From Saprospiraceae bacterium (GTDB taxonomy: Bacteria > Bacteroidota > Bacteroidia > Chitinophagales > Saprospiraceae), in contig JBGAVW010000008.1 in assembly GCA_044227925.1 (NCBI GenBank), positions 1,236 to 65,235 of the forward strand: DNA of 64,000 nt, read 5' to 3'. The first letter of the stretch is position 1, and every line of letters begins with the position of its first letter. This document shows, one piece after another, positions 56,589 to 64,000 of the stretch. The translations under genes were made by a program, and so were the position numbers. The notes under the pieces were generated by a model. It saw nothing but the letters and a program-made list of their open reading frames with translations, had not been told where the DNA came from and did no database searches.

Positions 56589-58106
56589 ATGAAAACTTTA
56601 GGTCTTAAAAAAATAAATCCAGCTTATTACACCGGAATGGAATCCGGAGGGCATTCTGTGGAATTAATCTCATCTTACTCTCCTATCGACGGAGAATTAT
56701 TGGGTAAAGTGAGAGTGACCAGTAATAAAGAATATAATTTAGTGCTTTCTAAAGCATTGCTTGCTCAGAAATGGTGGCAAAATGTACCAGCACCTAAAAG
56801 GGGTGAATTGGTGCGATTGATGGGAAATGCTTTTCGGGAACACAAACAGGAATTAGGGAAATTAGTATCTACCGAAATGGGAAAGAGCCTGCAGGAAGGA
56901 ATGGGTGAAGTACAAGAGATTATTGATATATGTGATTATGCAGTCGGATTGTCAAGACAATTGTATGGCCTTACTATGCCAAGTGAAAGGCCTGGACATA
57001 AATTACAAGAATTATGGCACCCTCTCGGAGTAATCGGGGTAATCTCGGCATTTAATTTTCCAGTGGCAGTTTGGAGCTGGAATGCCATGATAGCACTGGT
57101 ATGTGGCAATACTGTAGTGTGGAAGCCTTCTGAAAAAACTCCTTTGTGTGCGGTGGCAATAATGAATATCCTGAAGAATGTACTCAAATCACAAAATATC
57201 CAGGAAGGCCTCCTGAATGTTATTCAGGGAGATTATCATATAGGAGAATGGATGACTGCAGATTACAGAATACCGTTGATTAGTGCTACCGGCAGCACCA
57301 AAATGGGTAAAATAGTAGCCCAGACTGTTGCATCAAGATTAGGAAAATGCATCCTTGAATTAGGAGGAAATAATGCCATCATCATCACTCCAAGTGCTGA
57401 CTTGAAAATAGTGGTGACCGGGGCCGTCTTTGGAGCTATTGGTACTGCAGGACAAAGATGTACTTCAACCCGCAGACTCATTATACATGACAGCATTTAC
57501 TCCAAGGTAGTGAACGCCTTGAAAAAATCATATGCGCAAATCAAAATTGGCAATCCCCTCGATTTGGTAAATCATATGGGCCCCTTGATTGATGCCGAAG
57601 CTGTGAAGAAATACCTTGATACCATCGAAACGATCAAAAAACAAGGAGGCAAAATAATAACTCCCTATGGCAAATTGGAAGGTAAAGGATTTGAAAACGG
57701 GCATTACGTATCCCCTTGCATTGCTGAAGTATCTCAGAATATGCAAATCGTACAACATGAAACCTTTGCACCGATATTATATGTAATGAGATATACTGAC
57801 CTCGGGGAAGCCATCGCAATACAAAATGCAGTACCACAGGGACTGTCATCAGCCATCATGTCCAATGATTTTAAAGAAATAGAATATTTTACTTCTGCCA
57901 ATGGATCCGACTGTGGCATTGCCAATGTAAACATCGGTACCAGTGGGGCAGAAATCGGCGGTGCTTTTGGTGGTGAAAAAGAGACAGGAGGGGGTCGTGA
58001 AAGCGGTTCAGATAGTTGGAAAGCATATATGCGCCGCCAAACAGTAACTATAAATTATTCAAAGGAATTGCCTCTTGCCCAGGGTATAAAGTTTGATATC
58101 AATTAG
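56589..58106 (+). CDS. Aldehyde dehydrogenase (ALDH7 / piperideine-6-carboxylate dehydrogenase-like)
   Basis: 505 aa. 'VVWKPSEKTP', 'LELGGNNAIII', catalytic-Cys region 'GTAGQRCTSTRRL' and 'ETFAPILYV'. Confidence 0.85.
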   Translation: MKTLGLKKINPAYYTGMESGGHSVELISSYSPIDGELLGKVRVTSNKEYNLVLSKALLAQKWWQNVPAPKRGELVRLMGNAFREHKQELGKLVSTEMGKSLQEGMGEVQEIIDICDYAVGLSRQLYGLTMPSERPGHKLQELWHPLGVIGVISAFNFPVAVWSWNAMIALVCGNTVVWKPSEKTPLCAVAIMNILKNVLKSQNIQEGLLNVIQGDYHIGEWMTADYRIPLISATGSTKMGKIVAQTVASRLGKCILELGGNNAIIITPSADLKIVVTGAVFGAIGTAGQRCTSTRRLIIHDSIYSKVVNALKKSYAQIKIGNPLDLVNHMGPLIDAEAVKKYLDTIETIKKQGGKIITPYGKLEGKGFENGHYVSPCIAEVSQNMQIVQHETFAPILYVMRYTDLGEAIAIQNAVPQGLSSAIMSNDFKEIEYFTSANGSDCGIANVNIGTSGAEIGGAFGGEKETGGGRESGSDSWKAYMRRQTVTINYSKELPLAQGIKFDIN

Positions 58107-58248
58107 GAATAAATAAAAGCTAACGCTATTTAGACTGCTGGGTGTGCGTACAACATGTGGAGATCAGAAATGTGCCATTGAGAAAAATTCAGAATACAGA
58201 ACATGGAAATTGCGAAATCAAAATTGCACATCCTGTAGTCAGAAATCA

Positions 58249-59100
58249 TCAATATTCCCAAAGATCGTGCTCGAAATTGAATAATTTATTTTTGATTTTA
58301 TCACTTTCTCTCAGCCTGGCTATTCCGTCAGCAGGAAAGAAATCTTTTAATCTCAGATCTTGTACATTGGTTTCTTTGAATATGTAACTTGAAAATCTGC
58401 GCATTTCGAATACATCATCCCAGCTGAGTGGAGCAGCGTCGTTAAAGTCATTATATGCTTGTTCTTTGGCCAGTATTTCTCTGATTTGAGGATAATACAA
58501 CCAGTACATCGGTTGCTCTTCTGCTTTACCGGCAATTATTCTCTCTCTCACCGGGGCAATGCCCAGGATTCTGACCTTTAGTCTGGAAGCCTCTCGGTCA
58601 AAATACCAAATTTCTTTAATCCTGAAAAATTTAATGCTCTCTGCACTGATTTCATTTCTGACGGGTTTATATGTAGTTTCATAGGTTTCAGGATCTACTA
58701 CTGCTACTGTATCAAAGCTCACCATCATGCTCTCCACATCAATAGGAGGGAGTATTTTTTTAAAATCTTCATCTGCAAAAGCTGCGATCAAACCTTGTGT
58801 TGCAGCATCATTTAAAATCTTAAATAATGGATTTTTAGGATAAACAAATTGAAGATTTATTTTTTCGCGCACATCGATCACCTGCCAGATTCTTTTCTGC
58901 CAAGGGATATCAGCTTCCCTTAAAACTTCGTATGGCAAAACCCTCTGATCCTTGATAGTACTTCTCTGTACTATATCGTCCATGAATATGGAACTATCGC
59001 CAGGCTCACTTGCCTCGGTCAAAATATTTTCAGGTCTCTGTGCTGTAAGGGATACCACACAAGCTGAAACAAAAATTAATAATGAAAAATATTTTTTCAT
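58249..59100 (-). CDS. gldN: Gliding motility / T9SS protein GldN (PorN)
   Basis: Signal peptide. 'RIWQVIDVREKINLQFVYP' is GldN-like. It is the last gene of a K-L-M-N block. Confidence 0.75.
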   Translation of the reverse strand: MKKYFSLLIFVSACVVSLTAQRPENILTEASEPGDSSIFMDDIVQRSTIKDQRVLPYEVLREADIPWQKRIWQVIDVREKINLQFVYPKNPLFKILNDAATQGLIAAFADEDFKKILPPIDVESMMVSFDTVAVVDPETYETTYKPVRNEISAESIKFFRIKEIWYFDREASRLKVRILGIAPVRERIIAGKAEEQPMYWLYYPQIREILAKEQAYNDFNDAAPLSWDDVFEMRRFSSYIFKETNVQDLRLKDFFPADGIARLRESDKIKNKLFNFEHDLWEY

Positions 59101-59112
59101 GGCTTTGTCTTT

Positions 59113-60678
59113 TTATTGAATCTGAACTACGACATCTGCTAATTTTCGATTTACCTCGTCTCCGGGGCATTTACATCTGATATTACTGAACATGTAAAAA
59201 TTTCCAGGCTTTGCCAAAGAAATAATCCTTGCGGCCTCTCCTGAAAGTCTTGCTCCCTGGTTTGATGATTCCATTAAATCCTCACCTTTAGATTGCCTGG
59301 TTACAAAGAAACCAGCGATATCACATTTTGCGTCAAAATCAAAGTTCTCCAATAAAGCCTGTATACCAGCCTGGGCTTTAAATTCACCATTACCCATTTT
59401 ATTAGCTCCGGATCCAAACCTTGGTGTAGGATCAGGAATGGCTTTGATTCTAAATACTTTTTTAGCTGCCTGAGCACCGTTTGCACTAACAATAATATTG
59501 GCAGTGGTACCTGGTTTGGCATTATTAGCAAGTGATAGAGAATACGTTCCGTCATTTGCTCTGGATATGGTACCGGGACCATCAAATGAAACGCTTAGCT
59601 GATTGGAAGAAATGCCTGCCGCAGAAACCTCAATTGGATTTACAACTCCTTTATAGAGAACATTCATTTTAGCTGCCGAAATAGTGGTAGACCTTTCACC
59701 TACCTCATATTCAAATTCGCTTTCTACAGTGGTAGTCTGATTGGTAACGGGATTTACCACTGAAAATCGTGCTGTATATTTTTTCGTACCTACTCCGGAT
59801 GGGACTACGGAATATTTAGCCACTCCATCGGCTACCGGAATATTAGCACCATTTACAGAGGCAGTCATATTAGTACCCACATTGGACGACGATGCAGACA
59901 AATAGAGGTCTGCTTCATATTTTTCTCCATTAATGATATAGGATTTTTTTGGTGCGGAGACTACCTGATATTTATCAAATTTTATTTCCTCTCCACCTAC
60001 TTTTCCCATGAGATAGTTTAAGACCGCTGCTTCTGTACTTTTGGCATCATTTTGCAATTTATTTAAAATCGGCAAGGTAGCTCCGAGCGGCATATGATTA
60101 AAATTAAAATGTGCCCAGTTTTTCTTTGAAGTAGATCGCCATGCAGAATCCACAGTCATTGAAACTTTATTCATAAATTCTGCTCTATCAGCAGGTTCGA
60201 TAAACTCAAGGAATTTATCCCTGGTTTCAAGTATCTTTTTTTCAAGTTCACCACCCTTCCCATTATTTGCTGCCGGATCCTTTCCCACCATTAATCTGGT
60301 GGCAATATCTTTATTTTTCTCACCCTTTAATGCTGTAATGCCTGTTCTTGGATCTGTTTTATACCCACCTGTTGCATTTACCATACTATCAATAATACCC
60401 TGAACATAATCATTAAACTCCTTGCTCAGTGCTCTGGCAGGATTAGCTCTGTCTGCAAATTTTCTAAGGTTGACTTCATCCTTTTTTGCCAACCTATCCA
60501 CTTCGCCTGGTATCTTACTATTAGACTCATCCAAAGTAGAATTACTTTTTTTCAGTCCTTTATCCACCACTCTGAATGCATTGAATATTTCCGCTGATAC
60601 ATTGAGTGCCAGCAGCGCTGTGAGCACCAGATACATCAGGTTAATCATCAATTGCCGCGGCTGCTTAGGAATAGACAT
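59113..60678 (-). CDS. gldM: Gliding motility / T9SS protein GldM (PorM)
   Basis: N-terminal 'PRQLMINLMYLVLTALLALNVS' is the characteristic GldM TM motif. 521 aa. Confidence 0.9.
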   Translation of the reverse strand: MSIPKQPRQLMINLMYLVLTALLALNVSAEIFNAFRVVDKGLKKSNSTLDESNSKIPGEVDRLAKKDEVNLRKFADRANPARALSKEFNDYVQGIIDSMVNATGGYKTDPRTGITALKGEKNKDIATRLMVGKDPAANNGKGGELEKKILETRDKFLEFIEPADRAEFMNKVSMTVDSAWRSTSKKNWAHFNFNHMPLGATLPILNKLQNDAKSTEAAVLNYLMGKVGGEEIKFDKYQVVSAPKKSYIINGEKYEADLYLSASSSNVGTNMTASVNGANIPVADGVAKYSVVPSGVGTKKYTARFSVVNPVTNQTTTVESEFEYEVGERSTTISAAKMNVLYKGVVNPIEVSAAGISSNQLSVSFDGPGTISRANDGTYSLSLANNAKPGTTANIIVSANGAQAAKKVFRIKAIPDPTPRFGSGANKMGNGEFKAQAGIQALLENFDFDAKCDIAGFFVTRQSKGEDLMESSNQGARLSGEAARIISLAKPGNFYMFSNIRCKCPGDEVNRKLADVVVQIQ

Positions 60679-60723
60679 AATTTATATGATTCAATTATAA
60701 AATTAAATGACGGTCTTAAATTT

Positions 60724-61551
60724 TTACTTTGATCCCATTGCAGAAAGCATATTTCCATATACTTTGTTCATAGAACCCAGGTTTTGAGCCAGTGCATGCA
60801 ATTCATGCTGGGTCTTTTTAGCATCATCAGAAGCGGCTTGCATGGCCTGAAAAGTTTCATTCATTTTGGCATAGGATCCATTCATGGAAGCAAGGCTTTT
60901 AGATAAAATGCCCAGTTCAGATTGAGTCTTTTTAGCATCTTCACTGGCAGCCTGCATAGCCTGAAACGTTTCGTTCATTTTAGAATAGGCATTATTCATG
61001 CTGGATAAGCTTTTCGAAAGGGTACTTAATTCTACTTGCGTCTTCTTGGCATCTTCTACCGAACTTTGTAAGGCAAGAAAAGCTTCATTCATCTTGCCGT
61101 AAAAATCATTCATAGATTTGAGCTGATCTTTGGTCTTTGAAAAATCCACTTCCTGCAATGCTTTTAACGATGACATACTTTTGCTCATACCCTGAAGTTC
61201 TGATAGCATACCTCCTAATTTATCTTCGACCACTTCGGCATTTAATGCCCTGCTTGGCTTTTTAGCGCTGCTGTCTATAGCACCTACCCCTGGTAAAATA
61301 GCTGGTACATCGGCATGGTAATCTTCTATACCAGGATATAATTTTTCCCAATAATAATCCTTGTCAGGAGGTAATAATCCGAGCATAAGGAAGAGAATGG
61401 CTTCAGTAATAAGTCCCACCATTAAAAATTCGCTAGCAAAAGGCAAGCTTTCAATTTTTAATAATGCGCCTATCATCACCAGAGCAGCACCCACACCAAT
61501 GATCAGGTTTTTAAAGTATTTAAAAGACGAGGTTTTGTACCAGGTTGCCAT
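60724..61551 (-). CDS. gldL: Gliding motility / T9SS protein GldL (PorL), repeat-expanded
   Basis: Two N-terminal TM helices (IIGVGAALVMIGALLKI and MVGLITEAILFLMLGL) and a C-terminal 'SMNKVYGNMLSAM' motif. Confidence 0.85.
   Translation of the reverse strand: MATWYKTSSFKYFKNLIIGVGAALVMIGALLKIESLPFASEFLMVGLITEAILFLMLGLLPPDKDYYWEKLYPGIEDYHADVPAILPGVGAIDSSAKKPSRALNAEVVEDKLGGMLSELQGMSKSMSSLKALQEVDFSKTKDQLKSMNDFYGKMNEAFLALQSSVEDAKKTQVELSTLSKSLSSMNNAYSKMNETFQAMQAASEDAKKTQSELGILSKSLASMNGSYAKMNETFQAMQAASDDAKKTQHELHALAQNLGSMNKVYGNMLSAMGSK
60727..61137 (-). repeat. Tandem 114-nt (38-aa) repeats within gldL (about 3.5 units)
   Basis: Unit boundaries are marked by (E/D)DAKKTQ at plus-strand 60812, 60926 and 61040 (spacing 114 nt). 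The units read KTQ.EL..LSKSL.SMN..Y.KMNETFQAMQAAS.DAK. Confidence 0.85.
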
Positions 61552-61626
61552 AAGACAATTAATGTTTTTAGATTATGTTAATGTAATGTATAATTCTATT
61601 GGTTTGGAAGATCCGTCGAAACATTC

Positions 61627-62868
61627 TTACTTGAAATCGTTGATGGACCTACCCAGGAAAGAGAGCACGTTTCTGAATCCTACATATGATTTTGTAGTAT
61701 CCTGATATTCGTATGTCCTGGTTCCATTTTGTAAATAATAGGAAATATCTTTCCATGATCCACCCCTTATTACTTTTCTTTTGTAGACTGGTGGGTCATT
61801 GGGCTTAGCATTATAAGTAATATCGGGATTCATGTCGTGTGTGAAATTATTGGCATTATCAAAATAAGCGGTCACAGTCCATTCTGCCACATTCCCTGCC
61901 ATATTATATAAGCCATACTCATTAGGAAAATAAGAATGTACTTCTACCGTATATTGTCCACCATCCTCCGGATAATTGCCTCGGCCAGGTTTGAAATTTG
62001 CCAATAAACAACCTTTTGCGTTGCGGATATAATACCCTCCCCATGGATAAGGTGCCAATTCTTTTTTACCTCTGGCAGCGTATTCCCATTCATATTCGGT
62101 TGGTAGCCTGAATCCTTCTGAGTTTACTTCATCTGGTCTGTGCTGATTCCAAAGTTGTGTGCGCCAATTACTGAAAGCTTTGGCCATCGTCCAGTTAACA
62201 CCTACCACTGGATAATCATCATAGGCTGGATGCCAGAAATAATTTTTAGCTATAGGATCATTATAAGAATAGGCAAAATCACGAATCCAGGTTAACGTAT
62301 CGGGATACACTTCGGAAGATTCTTTTTTAATAAAATTTCGTCTGGCTGTACCTCTTTTTGCTTTAGCTGCTTCATTGATATCAAACCAGGAATAGTTATA
62401 CACCAATTTGCGGACATCCAGCTCATCACTACCTAATCTATCTTCTCCCTGATAAAACATTTCTGAGAGTTCTTCAGCCGTCCAATCTAATTCGATTTCC
62501 CAATCGATAGAGGTAGACCCGTCATCATTTTCAATTACATCACCCATCAGCGTATGGGCTATTGAATCTTTTACATACTCTACGAACTCGCGATATTCAT
62601 TATTCGTAATTTCAGTATCATCCATATAAAAACCAGAAATAGATATCGATTTTGGTTTTTGAACGTACGAACTAAAAATGTCCTGGTCACTTTGACCTAC
62701 GTGTAATGTGCCTGAAGGAATGTAAACCATGCCGTAAGGATTGATTCCTTTCCATTTAGGCCTATCTTTTACACCGGACAGGTAACCAGATTGTTTATTT
62801 CCACCACATGAAGAAATAATTAAGACTATCAGAGTAAAAACACTCCACTGAATGGCTCTTCTTTTCAT
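61627..62868 (-). CDS. gldK: Gliding motility / T9SS lipoprotein GldK (PorK), FGE-sulfatase fold
   Basis: Lipoprotein signal 'LIVLIISSC', with the start moved to the ATG at 62868. 'GFYMDDTEITNNEY', 'YNMAGNVAEW' and 'RGGSW'. Confidence 0.85.
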   Translation of the reverse strand: MKRRAIQWSVFTLIVLIISSCGGNKQSGYLSGVKDRPKWKGINPYGMVYIPSGTLHVGQSDQDIFSSYVQKPKSISISGFYMDDTEITNNEYREFVEYVKDSIAHTLMGDVIENDDGSTSIDWEIELDWTAEELSEMFYQGEDRLGSDELDVRKLVYNYSWFDINEAAKAKRGTARRNFIKKESSEVYPDTLTWIRDFAYSYNDPIAKNYFWHPAYDDYPVVGVNWTMAKAFSNWRTQLWNQHRPDEVNSEGFRLPTEYEWEYAARGKKELAPYPWGGYYIRNAKGCLLANFKPGRGNYPEDGGQYTVEVHSYFPNEYGLYNMAGNVAEWTVTAYFDNANNFTHDMNPDITYNAKPNDPPVYKRKVIRGGSWKDISYYLQNGTRTYEYQDTTKSYVGFRNVLSFLGRSINDFK

Positions 62869-63074
62869 TTTAGATAATTCAAATTTTCGGGTTCTACAAA
62901 AATGAGGCATAAAGATACTTCGTTGTCAGATAATTCATTGTAAAAAATTTTCATTTTGCATTTTGGATTTTCCATACTGAGGAAGTGAAATTGTACCCAT
63001 TGTAAACGTTATTAGAACGCACAAAGTACATAAATCATGCCTAGGAAATTTAAACTTTAGTTAAATCTTATATT

Positions 63075-64000
63075 TTAATACCTGGGGTTAAAGATAATCG
63101 GCTCTCTTTCAACAGCTCCGATGGCTTTATGCAAATTATAATTAAGCATAAATTCATGGGTACCTTGCTGAGCCGATTTGATACCGGACAAAGTAATGTC
63201 AAATCCATAGAATACCTTCATGTTGGCATTGATTTTCAAGCCAGTAAGTATACTGATTGCGTCAAAGGTCCTGGAAGAATAGCCTCTGAAACCCAATCCA
63301 CCAAAAATCTTCCCATTTATCTCAGCCAGGGCTGAAATATCGAGTTGGAATCTGGATAAATTACTCTTTATCAACAAACTGGGTGTAAGGGCAAGTGATT
63401 CTAACAAATCAATTCTATATTCTGAATAAAAGTTTAATCGGGGTTTTAGCCCGTATTCCGCGGTACTCCTGTTAAACTTAAGTCTGGGACTGTGAAAATT
63501 TTCCAGAGATAGACCTACCTCAAGCCTATCCTGGGCGAAGTAAAGACCAGCTGAAAGTTGCGGTGTGATCCCACTAAGCACATTTTCAAATATGGATGGA
63601 TCATTATGCTGGAATATTGTGCCTTCGTATTTTCCCTGGGGTGTCCTTAATAACGTGCCGTCCAATGATTTCTGGATAAAACCTATCCCCACCCCACCTG
63701 AAAACAATCCAATCCGGGATTGAAAAACATAATTATAAGAAACCAGACCACGAATGGTCTTTTCTGCACCAAAATTTTCTTGTTCTATTTTAATCCCCCC
63801 TGCTCCATTGAGATAATATAAGGGCATCTGAGCTTGTATGATTTTAGTATTGGGTGCTCCCGGAAGCTCCTGCCATTGTGAACGAACAGCCCCGGTGACA
63901 CTCAGAGATGACTCAAGCCCGGCATAGGCCAAGTTTAATGCATATTTCTGTCCCATATACAGGGTATACTGGCTACTTTCCTGCCCATACATAATAATAT
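63075..64000 (-). CDS. porP: PorP/SprF-family T9SS membrane protein (5' end probably outside the window)
   Basis: 'SQYTLYMGQKYALNLAYAG' resembles the PorP/SprF N-terminal motif that follows the signal peptide. Beta-barrel-like sequence with a C-terminal '..NPRY'. The frame stays open to base 64000. Confidence 0.7.
   Translation of the reverse strand, partial: IIMYGQESSQYTLYMGQKYALNLAYAGLESSLSVTGAVRSQWQELPGAPNTKIIQAQMPLYYLNGAGGIKIEQENFGAEKTIRGLVSYNYVFQSRIGLFSGGVGIGFIQKSLDGTLLRTPQGKYEGTIFQHNDPSIFENVLSGITPQLSAGLYFAQDRLEVGLSLENFHSPRLKFNRSTAEYGLKPRLNFYSEYRIDLLESLALTPSLLIKSNLSRFQLDISALAEINGKIFGGLGFRGYSSRTFDAISILTGLKINANMKVFYGFDITLSGIKSAQQGTHEFMLNYNLHKAIGAVEREPIIFNPRY

Noticed and set aside
58107-58248. 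Short reiterated words (CAGAAAT, CAGAACA, AAATTGC) in the convergent gap between the ALDH gene and gldN.
   Set aside because: The repeats are 7 nt or shorter and irregularly spaced, with no hairpin or promoter logic. This is compatible with chance.
1-64000. A scan for tRNA, rRNA or tmRNA genes, CRISPR arrays, transposases, integrases, toxin-antitoxin pairs and known multi-gene defence systems.
   Set aside because: No regularly spaced direct repeats and no GTTCGAATC-type T-arm contexts were found. No recombinase motifs and no compact two-gene TA-like pairs were seen. By-eye scanning can miss divergent or small elements.

Overview
This is an AT-rich, gene-dense chromosomal segment that looks like a gliding, T9SS-bearing member of Bacteroidota. 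The evidence for that assignment is a porP/sprF-gldK-gldL-gldM-gldN type IX secretion core operon at the right end, two cargo genes with T9SS C-terminal sorting domains, the bamD-rpoZ-coaBC-DUF4835 block, DUF1573-, DUF3078- and DUF4249-like genes, and TAnnTTTG -7 boxes. Most of the window is housekeeping: photolyase, folK, efp-accB-accC, purN, thrS, hpt, clpB, a fused E1 dehydrogenase, two cyclophilins, ppgK and an ALDH. I recognised no rRNA, tRNA, CRISPR array, transposase or integrase. No complete novel system can be proven from sequence alone. The best candidates for follow-up are: (1) a membrane-anchored OmpA-like protein paired with a 1190-aa TM, coiled-coil and double HhH-like protein; (2) a 533-nt AT-rich intergenic region with an exact 11-mer at 49/98-nt spacing, flanked by two outward promoter-plus-terminator units that could be sRNAs; (3) an orphan COG1672-type ATPase with a PD-(D/E)xK-like tail, preceded by three copies of a 12-mer operator-like word; (4) an ATGA-coupled three-gene outer-membrane operon (STN-TonB receptor, DUF4249-like, and a protein with a plug-like segment but no barrel); (5) an ECF sigma, 75-aa ORF, MscS-like and DUF3078-like operon preceded by an orphan terminator or sRNA candidate; (6) an EF-P whose modification loop carries Arg instead of Lys; (7) a GldL with an expanded 38-aa repeat array; (8) a cluster of small stress-type proteins. 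All family assignments come from motif recognition by eye. No database search was run.
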